Source of the DNA: Acidobacteria bacterium RIFCSPLOWO2_12_FULL_68_19
GTDB lineage: Bacteria > Acidobacteriota > Vicinamibacteria > Vicinamibacterales > UBA2999
NCBI GenBank assembly: GCA_001767525.1
Contig: MELF01000036.1
Span: 136,804-200,803, forward strand
Reading direction: 5' to 3'
Length of the DNA stretch: 64,000 nt
Program-made: the position numbers and the translations under genes
Shown: positions 18,701 through 29,610 of the stretch, piece after piece
Layout of the letters: every line of letters begins with the position of its first letter
Position numbering within the stretch: position 1 is the first letter of the stretch
The notes under the pieces: model-generated
Seen by the model: the letters and a program-made list of their open reading frames with translations, nothing else
What the model was told of the DNA's origin: nothing
Database searches by the model: none

Positions 18701-19200
18701 CGCGCGTCAGCGAACTTGGCGAGTCCGAAGTCGAGGATCCGCACGCCGTCCTCGGTGAGCATCAGGTTGCCCGGCTTGATGTCGCGGTGAATGACGCCCT
18801 GCGCGTGCGCCTTGGCGAGTCCTTCGGCGATCTGTGCTGCGAGGTCGAGCGCCTCCTCCACGTTCAGAGGACCCCGCTCGAGACGCGCCTTGAGCGTCTC
18901 GCCCTCGTAATGCGCCATCACGATGAAGAGCTGGCCGTCGTCGGAGGTGCCGATATCGTGGATCGTGCAGATGTTGGGGTGGTCGGTGGCGGAAGCGGCC
19001 TGCGCCTCCCGGATGAAGCGCTCCTTGGCGCTCTCGTCGCGGCTCCACTGCGGCGGCAGGAACTTCAGCGCGACCCGCCGGCCCAGGCGGCTGTCGCGCG
19101 CGGCATACACGAGGCCCATGCCGCCGCCGCCAAGGCGTGCGACGACCTCGTAGTGCGCGACTGTCCGGCCAACGAGCGGGTCAGCGGGGGTCTGATCCAC
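15784..19200 (-). CDS. Membrane Ser/Thr protein kinase with extracytoplasmic TolB-N-like module and long TPR region
   Basis: Kinase motifs 'GGGGMGLVYAA', 'HRDIKPGN', 'DFGLAK' and 'YMSPE'. TM segment 'ALLAVLAGAPLWIFW'. 'IPVAVAPVVNQTGYAELDSYRMALTQELTAQL' resembles TolB_N-like modules, followed by about 600 aa of TPR-like repeats. Start set to GTG 19200 (GAGGAG SD 8 nt upstream). The track ORF extension to 19797 overlaps a better plus-strand gene. Confidence 0.88.
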   Translation of the reverse strand: MDQTPADPLVGRTVAHYEVVARLGGGGMGLVYAARDSRLGRRVALKFLPPQWSRDESAKERFIREAQAASATDHPNICTIHDIGTSDDGQLFIVMAHYEGETLKARLERGPLNVEEALDLAAQIAEGLAKAHAQGVIHRDIKPGNLMLTEDGVRILDFGLAKFADARLKLTLEGSTIGTIAYMSPEQVRGEEADARSDIWALGAVLYEMLAGDAPFKGGYPEAIAHAIRDEPPAPLRPRRSEVSEALEQLVFRALHKDPAVRFQTARDLARALRRLQGRTLPLDLRTEPLPRIDVAPAARRPRWTRRSTAATGALLAVLAGAPLWIFWPVERIPVAVAPVVNQTGYAELDSYRMALTQELTAQLADSGVVRVLPYERLVQIVRRFRQGRGDVSSREALQAIAMHGGADVIIVPTLLYENGAWLARVEFRDVDTATNTATFETPPVLSSLMKATVYGLVAPLAEAVHGHFVRSGPARARAAAAIRSLAGPEPSSPTARFSTLDAASEFERGIDAYDQQEYSRALHAFAATLEQDARRSLIHAWRSRAAWMMRQDKTALDAAERALRQLLPDTPPLERLLVEAIAAEVRRDVTTAEARYTELLTRYPQEPSWRMEWAAFLDRQLRTAEAVDAYRAVLTLDGRLVRPHLELCRLYSPSRLNDPPQARADGRLALEAYQTLQDAAGEAQARWCLADVLRTGSAAERADAGRQAEAALATLEDARYEFNLTRGKYYVGLTAAAQGRFTDATAVWEQALTSARAVGNAALEPLLLFNLGVAHIRLGNRTEAAGYYQASAAMYEALGDQHRAAQQQANGAALRIEYGSDPAAALRDAQNALAVLQELGDKNFEAFALQVIAAYYRQVGQHMDAERELNRALAILRERNLDDDITSVTVDRARSHIETGRYSAALALLDEALAHGPGPASTAAEMHRARLRIRLGDVPGAEEALKRVTGAVRQGDELFPLLLLTTGELAYERGRLSDAQAAFGRAAALWSGSFPDAAAVEARAYLGLVTALVGRAARGRAAVQSSLEQAARMGRAPLAARCRLFLAQIALQERRAGEALRLLMAIPADADGQTVGAELRAEIHYWRSVTLRELGDQAPAAAEAALARTILEALQAGLDVGDRAAFAGRPSIRRVLG

Positions 19201-19251
19201 CGGCGAGTCTCCTCGTCCAGAGGCAGACGACTGAACAGCGAGTCGGCGGCT

Positions 19252-19257
19252 ATCATA
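19252..19257 (-). promoter_or_regulatory. -10-like TATGAT for the large kinase gene
   Basis: Minus-strand TATGAT about 50 nt upstream of GTG 19200, with an SD-containing leader. Confidence 0.3.
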
Positions 19258-19329
19258 CGCGGTTCCGGCCCGCGGATGTTCACTTTGGCGCCCTCCGGCG
19301 TTGATAGCCACAGAAGGAGGGAATGCCAG

Positions 19330-19713
19330 ATGGTGAATCGTCAATTCGTCGTAGCCGGCTGCACGGTCGCGGTGGTCGTCCTGCTGGTGGCCTCGTCCGC
19401 CCTGGCGTGGTCGTCGCTTGCTCGCACCAACCACTTGTCCTTCAACACAGCGGTCGCGCTGCCGGGCGTGGTGCTCAGCCCGGGCGCCTACACGTTCCAG
19501 GCGGGTCCCCAGGGCACCAACCCGAACATCGTCCGCGTCACCACCCGCGACGGACGACGGGTCTTGTTCACGGGGTTTACCACTCCGGTTGCGCGGCCGC
19601 ACGACAGCCGGAGCCTGCTCGTGTCGGTCGGTGAGGCGCCGGCGGGGCAGCCGAAGCCGATCATCGCGTGGTATCCGGTCGATTCGAGCGTCGGGTACCA
19701 GTTTCGCTACTAG
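19330..19713 (+). CDS. Small secreted hypothetical protein (127 aa)
   Basis: AGGAGG (19315..19320) lies 9 nt upstream of the ATG. Signal-peptide-like 'VVAGCTVAVVVLLVASSALAW'. High-GC3 coding frame, corresponding to the C-terminal part of track ORF 16417..19713. Confidence 0.7.
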   Translation: MVNRQFVVAGCTVAVVVLLVASSALAWSSLARTNHLSFNTAVALPGVVLSPGAYTFQAGPQGTNPNIVRVTTRDGRRVLFTGFTTPVARPHDSRSLLVSVGEAPAGQPKPIIAWYPVDSSVGYQFRY

Positions 19714-19723
19714 GCGCCGCCGC

Positions 19724-19752
19724 GGTGCGAGGGGACCATGTTCCCTCGCACC
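19724..19752 (+). terminator. 10-bp perfect hairpin after the small secreted-protein gene
   Basis: GGTGCGAGGG-GACCATGTT-CCCTCGCACC. No U-tract. Its 3' arm runs into the octamer array. Confidence 0.4.
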
Positions 19753-19809
19753 GTCGCACCATCGGACGCACCGTCGCACCCCGCACCATCGCACCATCGC
19801 ACCGTCGCC
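19747..19809 (+). repeat. Tandem array of about 8 units of the octamer CGCACC(G/A)T
   Basis: CGCACCGT CGCACCAT CGGA CGCACCGT CGCACCC CGCACCAT CGCACCAT CGCACCGT CGCC. It shares a 19/20 identical segment with the array at 59654..59721. Confidence 0.85.
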
Positions 19810-19819
19810 TCCGCTCGTG

Positions 19820-19825
19820 TAAGAT
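19820..19825 (+). promoter_or_regulatory. -10-like TAAGAT upstream of sucC
   Basis: TAAGAT lies 10 nt after the octamer array and 45 nt upstream of GTG 19871. Confidence 0.3.
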
Positions 19826-19870
19826 CAGAGCCTGTTTGCGGCGCGACATTCCTAACCCAGACGTTCTCCA

Positions 19871-21037
<1,167 letters not shown>

Positions 21038-21038
21038 C

Positions 21039-21908
21039 GTGGCGATCCTCCTCGACGGGAACACGAGGCTGATCGTGCAGGGCCTGACCGGCCGCGAAGG
21101 GACGTTCCACGCCAGGCAGGCGGCGGCGTACGGGACGACCGTGGTCGGGGGTGTGACGCCGGGCAAGGGCGGCACCGTGCACGAAGGGTGGCCGATATTC
21201 GACACCGTGCACGACGCGATGCGCGAGACCGGGGCGAATGCCACCGTCATCTTCGTGCCGCCGCCGTTTGCCTCCGACGCCATCATGGAGGCAGCCGACG
21301 CCGGCATCCCCCTGGCCGTCTGCATCACCGAGGGCATTCCCGTGGTCGACATGCTCCGGGCGTTGACCTTCATGGAGGGCAAGCCGATGCGCCTGGTCGG
21401 CCCGAACTGTCCGGGCGTCATCTCGGCGGGGAAGGCGAAGGCCGGGATCATCCCCGGCCACATCTGCCGCGAGGGTCGAATCGGGATCGTCTCGAAGAGC
21501 GGTACGCTGACCTACGAGGCGATCCATCAGTTGACGCGCGTCGGCATGGGCCAGACGACGTGCATCGGCATCGGCGGCGATCCGCTGATTGGCACCAGCT
21601 TCATCGACGCGTTGCGCCTGTTTGTCGGCGACCCGGAGACCGACGCCGTGGTCATGATCGGGGAGATCGGCGGCTCGGCCGAGGAGGACGCGGCCGCGTT
21701 CATCGGGCGCGGCTTCAGAAAGCCGGTGGTCGGCTTCATCGCGGGCCAGACGGCGCCGCCGGGGCGCCGCATGGGACACGCCGGCGCGATCATCGCCGGC
21801 GGCAAGGGGACCGCCGCCGAGAAGATGGCCGCGCTCGGTGCGGCGGGCGTCCATGTCGTGAAGAGTCCGGCCGATATGGGCGCCAAGATGCGGGAGGTAC
21901 TGGGCTGA
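21039..21908 (+). CDS. sucD: Succinyl-CoA synthetase alpha subunit
   Basis: '[12 protein letters not shown]', 'SKSGTLTYE' and 'MGHAGAII' (phosphohistidine). GTG 21039 follows the sucC stop. The track start 21027 is in the same frame. Confidence 0.95.
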   Translation: MAILLDGNTRLIVQGLTGREGTFHARQAAAYGTTVVGGVTPGKGGTVHEGWPIFDTVHDAMRETGANATVIFVPPPFASDAIMEAADAGIPLAVCITEGIPVVDMLRALTFMEGKPMRLVGPNCPGVISAGKAKAGIIPGHICREGRIGIVSKSGTLTYEAIHQLTRVGMGQTTCIGIGGDPLIGTSFIDALRLFVGDPETDAVVMIGEIGGSAEEDAAAFIGRGFRKPVVGFIAGQTAPPGRRMGHAGAIIAGGKGTAAEKMAALGAAGVHVVKSPADMGAKMREVLG

Positions 21909-21921
21909 CGGCCCGACGCCA

Positions 21922-22341
21922 ATGCTCATGGAACGCACGCTTGCCATCATCAAACCTGACGCCGTCGAGGGGCGTCTCGCGGGCAGAATCGTGGCGCGCA
22001 TCGAGGAGGCCGGGTTCACGATTCGCGCGATGCGCCTGCAGCAGCTCACGAAGACGGAGGCGGAGGGGTTCTACGCGGTGCACCGCGAGCGGCCGTTCTT
22101 CGGGACGCTGACCGACTTCATGTCGTCGGGGCCGTGCGTGCTGCTGGCGCTCGAGGCGCCGGACGCGATCCGGAAGTGGCGCGCCCTGATGGGCGCGACC
22201 GACCCGGCGAAGGCCGAGGCGGGCACGCTGCGGAAGGAGTTCGGACGCTCGATCGAGCGGAACGCCACGCACGGGTCCGACGCGCCCGAGACGGCGGCGT
22301 TCGAGCTGGGATACTTCTTCCGCGGCATGGAGATGCGCTAG
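21922..22341 (+). CDS. ndk: Nucleoside diphosphate kinase
   Basis: '[12 protein letters not shown]' and 'NATHGSDA'. The second ATG at 21928 gives the more typical N-terminus. Confidence 0.95.
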   Translation: MLMERTLAIIKPDAVEGRLAGRIVARIEEAGFTIRAMRLQQLTKTEAEGFYAVHRERPFFGTLTDFMSSGPCVLLALEAPDAIRKWRALMGATDPAKAEAGTLRKEFGRSIERNATHGSDAPETAAFELGYFFRGMEMR

Positions 22342-22347
22342 GCCGGG

Positions 22348-22399
22348 CCGTGGGCGTCAGGCTCCGGGCTGTGGGCGTCGGGCGCTGATCTGTGGGTCG
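22348..22399 (+). repeat. Three copies of GTGGG(C)GTC(G) at exact 21-bp period; the third copy is the DUF2905 start codon
   Basis: Cores at 22350, 22371 and 22392. GTG 22350 opens a 12-codon uORF that ends at TGA 22386..22388. Confidence 0.7.
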
Positions 22400-22589
22400 A
22401 ATTCTCATCGTGCTCGGCCTCGTGCTGGTGGGGGTTGGCGTGCTCGTCAACCTGGGCATCCCGATCGGTCGGCTGCCCGGCGACATCTCAGTGCGCCGCG
22501 GGAACTTTTCGTTTTACTTTCCCCTGACCACGTCGATAATTGCGAGTATTCTCCTCACGCTGCTGTTGATGTTCCTGGGCAGGCGCTGA
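22392..22589 (+). CDS. DUF2905-family small membrane protein
   Basis: 'GRLPGDISVRRGNFSFYFPLTTSII', with two TM helices. 65 aa. Confidence 0.8.
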   Translation: MGRILIVLGLVLVGVGVLVNLGIPIGRLPGDISVRRGNFSFYFPLTTSIIASILLTLLLMFLGRR

Positions 22590-22607
22590 CCAGCCAGGCG
22601 CCGAGAG

Positions 22608-22642
22608 GCCAAGACCCAGAGCCCAACGCCCAACGCCCAATT
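22608..22642 (+). repeat. Five tandem heptamers (GCCAAGA CCCAGAG CCCAACG CCCAACG CCCAATT)
   Basis: Direct reading in the DUF2905/dcd intergenic region. Confidence 0.7.
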
Positions 22643-22658
22643 TCGAGAGAGTGCGTAC

Positions 22659-23216
22659 ATGCCGTCGATCAAAGCCGACAAGTGGATCAAGAGGATGGCG
22701 CTCGAGCACCGGATGATCGAGCCGTTCGAGGACCGGCAGGTGCGTGCCGGCGTCGTGTCGTACGGCCTCTCGTCCTACGGGTACGACATCCGCGTGACCG
22801 ACGAGTTCAAGGTGTTCACGAACATCAACAGCACCGTCGTCGACCCGAAGAACTTCGATCCGCGGTCGTTCGTCGACGTGAGGGCGGACGTCTGCATCAT
22901 TCCGCCCAACTCGTTCGCGCTGTCACGGACGCTCGAGTACTTCCGCATCCCCCGCGACGTGATCACGGTGTGCGTCGGCAAGTCGACCTACGCCCGCTGC
23001 GGCCTGATTGTCAACGTCACCCCGTTCGAACCCGAGTGGGAGGGCTACGTCACGCTGGAGATCTCGAACACGACGCCGCTCCCGGCCAAGGTGTACGCCA
23101 ACGAGGGGATCGCCCAGGTGCTCTTCTTCCAGAGCGACGAGGTATGCGAGGTGTCCTACGCGGACAAGAAGGGAAAGTACCAGCGCCAGCAGGAACTGAC
23201 GCTGCCGAAGCTGTAG
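22659..23216 (+). CDS. dcd: dCTP deaminase
   Basis: 'SYGYDIRV', '[10 protein letters not shown]' and '[11 protein letters not shown]'. Confidence 0.94.
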   Translation: MPSIKADKWIKRMALEHRMIEPFEDRQVRAGVVSYGLSSYGYDIRVTDEFKVFTNINSTVVDPKNFDPRSFVDVRADVCIIPPNSFALSRTLEYFRIPRDVITVCVGKSTYARCGLIVNVTPFEPEWEGYVTLEISNTTPLPAKVYANEGIAQVLFFQSDEVCEVSYADKKGKYQRQQELTLPKL

Positions 23217-23219
23217 AAT
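23214..23219 (+). promoter_or_regulatory. -10-like TAGAAT 8 nt upstream of the gamma-CA-family ATG (overlaps the dcd stop)
   Basis: TAGAAT-TGGAAAGA-ATG(23228). Confidence 0.3.
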
Positions 23220-23227
23220 TGGAAAGA

Positions 23228-23749
23228 ATGCTCCGCCCGTTCCGCACGGTCTCTCCCACGGTCGATCCCTCGGCGTTTGTCGACTCCAGCGCGCAGGTCA
23301 TCGGCGACGTCCACGTGGGCGCCGAGAGCAGCATCTGGATGAACGCCGTCGTGCGTGGCGACGTCAACTACGTCAGGATCGGCGCGCGCACGAACGTGCA
23401 GGACCTGGCCCTCGTGCACGTCGTGAGCAACACGCACCCGACGCTGATTGGCGATGCGGTCACGGTGGGGCACGGCGCGATGGTGCATGGGTGCGCCATC
23501 GAGGACCGGTGCCTCATCGGGATGGGCGCGATTCTGCTGAGCGGCTGCCGGATCGGCGCGGGCTCCATCGTGGCGGCCGGCGCGCTCGTGCCGGAAGGGA
23601 TGGTCGTGCCGCCCGGGTCGATGGTGATGGGGATGCCGGCGACGGTGCGGCGCCCCCTCACCGCCGAGGAGGCCGCTTCCATCCTGTGGTACGCGGACAA
23701 CTACGCGCGCTACCGCCTCGACTTCCGGGCCGAGCACGTCCCCGCATAG
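23228..23749 (+). CDS. Gamma-carbonic-anhydrase-family / hexapeptide-repeat protein (YrdA/PaaY-like)
   Basis: 'SIWMNAVVRGDVNYVRIGARTNVQD', 'GHGAMVHGC' and left-handed beta-helix repeats. Corresponds to the C-terminal part of track ORF 22682..23749. Confidence 0.88.
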   Translation: MLRPFRTVSPTVDPSAFVDSSAQVIGDVHVGAESSIWMNAVVRGDVNYVRIGARTNVQDLALVHVVSNTHPTLIGDAVTVGHGAMVHGCAIEDRCLIGMGAILLSGCRIGAGSIVAAGALVPEGMVVPPGSMVMGMPATVRRPLTAEEAASILWYADNYARYRLDFRAEHVPA

Positions 23750-23756
23750 CGTCCAG

Positions 23757-25122
23757 ATGCCAGGCACTGCGCCGCCGAGCGGCATGCGCGACTTCCTGCC
23801 GGAAGACGTACGGCGCCGCGAGTACGTGATCGGGATCATCAAGCGCGTCTACGAGCGGTACGGCTTCGAGCCGCTCGAGACGCCGGCGGCGGAGAATCTC
23901 GAGACGCTCCTCGGCAAGTACGGCGAGGAGGGCAACAAGCTCATCTTCAAGATTCTCCGGCGGGGCGAGCACGAGGCGACGGGGCAGGCCGACCTCGCGC
24001 TGCGCTACGACCTGACGGTGCCGCTCGCGCGGGTGGTGGCGCAGTACCAGGCGAAGCTGCCGCGGCCGTTCAAGCGGTACCAGATTCAGCCGGTGTGGCG
24101 CGCCGACCGCCCGGGACGGGGGCGGTTCCGCGAGTTCTACCAGTGCGACGTCGACTCGCTCGGGTCGACCTCGCCCCTCGTCGAAGCCGAGCTGTGCGGC
24201 GCCGTGTCGGATGCTTTAACCGAACTAGGGTTTAAGGGTTTTCGCTTTCGGATCAACCATCGACGAAGACTCACGCGGTTGCTACGGGCGTTTCGCATTC
24301 CGCCAGAACTACACGAGCGCGCACTCGTCGCATTGGACAAGTTGGACAAGGTGGGCCCTGATGGCGTCGCTGCCGAGTTGAGGAACGGGGGATTGGGGGC
24401 TGACTCCGTGAAGGCGTTTCTTGCATTCTACGGTCTCGTTCAAACAGCGCCTGGCACGTACGGCGCCGATGTCAGCCTTCTGGCGTTGGACATGAGTGAA
24501 AGCGCCAGCTCCAACACGATGGCCGAGTCAGACGAGATGTCAGCAGCAGAGAATCTAAGGGCGATCCTTGAGCTCACGAAAGGCACATCGGCGGAATCTC
24601 GAATGCACTACGACCCGTTTTTGGCCAGAGGCTTGTCTTACTACACGGGCGCGATCATGGAGGTGAACGTCGCCGATCTGGCCGGGAGCCTGGGCGGCGG
24701 CGGCCGCTATGACAACCTGGTCGGGATGTTCTCGGGCCAGCATATTCCGGCCTGCGGCTTCTCGCTCGGGCTCGAGCGAATCCTGGTCGTGATGACCGAG
24801 CGCGGCATGTTTCCGCCGTCGCTGGCCACCTCGCCGGCCGACGTCATGGTGGCCACCTTCGACGCCGCGGGCGCGGGCCCGGCCATGCGCGTGGCCGGCG
24901 TGCTGCGCGGCGCCGGCCTGCGGGTCATGGTCTATCCGGACCCGGACAGAATCGGCAGGCAAATCAAGTACGCTGACGGGCGGGGGATTCCGTTCGTGGC
25001 GATACTCGGCGAGGACGAAATCAAGGCAGGCACCGTGACGGTGAAGAATCTGGCGCGACAGACGCAGCGGACCTACCAGCAGTCGGCGGCTGGCGCCGCC
25101 ATCCGCGAGGCATTGACCGGGC

Positions 25123-25130
<8 letters not shown>
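23757..25130 (+). CDS. hisS: Histidyl-tRNA synthetase
   Basis: 'GMRDFLPED', 'RFREFYQCDVD', 'ARGLSYYTG' and 'GGGRYDNL', with a C-terminal anticodon-binding domain. Codons 152-296 have atypical composition (see findings). Confidence 0.94.
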
Positions 25131-27846
<2,716 letters not shown>

Positions 27847-27854
<8 letters not shown>

Positions 27855-28323
27855 GGAGCCCCCCTCGCGCCTGCGCGTCGAGGTCGTGACGCCCGCCGAG
27901 GTGCGCGCCCCGGGGCTTGCGCGCTGGCTCGCCTCGGTCGCGCCGGCGCGGGTGCGTGGTGTGGTCACGGTGGCCGTCGTGCCGGACGGCCGCGTCCGTC
28001 TGCTCAACCGGCGATATCGCCGCAAGAATCGCGCCACCGATGTCCTTTCGTTTCCCGCCTCCGCCGATTGGCGGTGGCGGAGCGGGTCGTCCGAGGAACG
28101 CGGATACCTGGGCGATGTCGTCATCGCCGCCGGCATGGCCCGGCGGCAGGCGCGGGCGGCGGGGCATTCGCTCCGGACGGAAGTGCGCATCCTGGCTCTG
28201 CACGGGCTCCTCCACCTCCTTGGCTATGATCACGAGCACGACGCGGGAGAGATGGCTCGACTGGAGGCTCGGCTGCGCACCCGCGGGGGCCTGCGTGAAG
28301 GCCTGATCGAGAGGCATCGGTGA
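27847..28323 (+). CDS. ybeY: rRNA maturation endoribonuclease YbeY
   Basis: 'ATDVLSFP' and '[12 protein letters not shown]' zinc motif. Confidence 0.93.
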
Positions 28324-29561
28324 CTCCGCTCGCCCTGTTCCTGCTCGCGTGCGCGACCGTGTTCCTCGGGTCGGTGCAGGCGGCGTTCAGCGCGCTGATG
28401 CGCCTCTCGCTCCGGCTGATGGCCGAGCGCGGCGGCCGTAGCGACCGGCTCGGCCGCTACCTGGACGACCCGCTGCAGCTCTTCATCCCCGCGCGGATCC
28501 TGATCGGTCTGTGTACCGTCGTGGCCGGCGTGCTGATCGCGCGCCTCAGCACGATGGGCGACGCCTGGTCGATCTCGACGTTCTTCGTCTCGCTCGTCGC
28601 GTTCGTCATCGTCTGCGAGCACCTGCTGCCGATGCTGGTCGCTCGTCGTGGCCCCGAGCAGGTCCTCGACGTGCTCCTCCCGGCCTTCGGTCCCCTGGCG
28701 CGGCTGATGCGGCCGGTGACGCTGACGCTCATCGATCTGGCCGGCGTCGGCGGCGACCGCGCCGAGGAGGAGACGGGCGCCGACGCCGACGGCGCCGCGA
28801 AGGAGCCGGCCGCGGCCGAAACCGGGGACGCCGAAGGCGCCATCTCCGAAGAGGAGGGGCGTGAGCTGCTGCAGTCGGTCGTCGATTTCACGGAAACGAT
28901 TGTGCGGGAAGTCATGACGCCGCGCCCCGACATCGTCTCGATTCGAGCCGAGGCGACGCTGAACGACCTGCGGACGCTGTTCCGGGAGGAGCAGTACTCC
29001 CGCATTCCCGTCTACCGCAAGGACCTCGACAACATCGTCGGCATCGTCTTCGTGAAGGATCTGGTCGCGCTGCCGCCGGGCGCGGAGCCGCCGCTGACCA
29101 CGTTGATGCGTTCCGCGTACATGGTCCCGGAGAGCAAACGCGTCTCCGAGCTGCTGAAGGAGATGCAGCATCGGCAGGCGCAGATGGCCATTGTCGTCGA
29201 CGAATACGGCGGCACCGCGGGCCTGGTGACGGTCGAGGACCTGCTCGAGGAGATCGTCGGCGAGATTCGGGACGAATACGATGTCGAGGCCGAGACCGTC
29301 ACCGAGGAGAGCGACGGGGTGTTCGTGTTCAGTGGAAAGGTGAGCGTGGACGAGGTCCGCGAGCGGCTCGGCGTCGAAATCGAGCGCGAAGGATTCGAGA
29401 CGCTGGGCGGCTACCTGCTGTCGCATCTCGGGCGCATGCCCTACGTCGGCGAGACATTCGAGGTAGACGACGTCGCGGTCGAAGTGCTCGAGGTCGAGCG
29501 CCGGCGCATTGCGAAAGTCCGGGCGCGGCGCCGCGCCGGCGCCCCCGCGGAGACGGAATAG
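28320..29561 (+). CDS. CNNM/HlyC-CorC family transporter-associated protein (DUF21 TM + CBS pair + CorC_HlyC)
   Basis: TM N-domain, 'VREVMTPRPDIV', 'IVVDEYGGTAGLVTVEDLLEEIVGEI' and 'GGYLLSHLGRMP'. Confidence 0.9.
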   Translation: MTPLALFLLACATVFLGSVQAAFSALMRLSLRLMAERGGRSDRLGRYLDDPLQLFIPARILIGLCTVVAGVLIARLSTMGDAWSISTFFVSLVAFVIVCEHLLPMLVARRGPEQVLDVLLPAFGPLARLMRPVTLTLIDLAGVGGDRAEEETGADADGAAKEPAAAETGDAEGAISEEEGRELLQSVVDFTETIVREVMTPRPDIVSIRAEATLNDLRTLFREEQYSRIPVYRKDLDNIVGIVFVKDLVALPPGAEPPLTTLMRSAYMVPESKRVSELLKEMQHRQAQMAIVVDEYGGTAGLVTVEDLLEEIVGEIRDEYDVEAETVTEESDGVFVFSGKVSVDEVRERLGVEIEREGFETLGGYLLSHLGRMPYVGETFEVDDVAVEVLEVERRRIAKVRARRRAGAPAETE

Positions 29562-29610
29562 CCCCGAGGACACGAAGAACCCGAAGGACACCCGCGGGAT
29601 CTCGAATGAC

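Noticed and set aside
19201-19797. N-terminal 199-aa extension of the 1337-aa kinase ORF (15784..19797, minus strand).
   Set aside because: The extension is Arg-rich with no motifs, and it overlaps a plus-strand gene (19330..19713) that has a strong SD and a signal peptide. The kinase has an in-frame GTG at 19200 with a GAGGAG SD, right before the conserved kinase N-lobe.
19747-19809. Possibility that the tandem arrays (19747, 22608, 45573, 59654) are CRISPR arrays.
   Set aside because: The units are only 7-8 nt and directly abut with no unique spacers. No cas genes are present.
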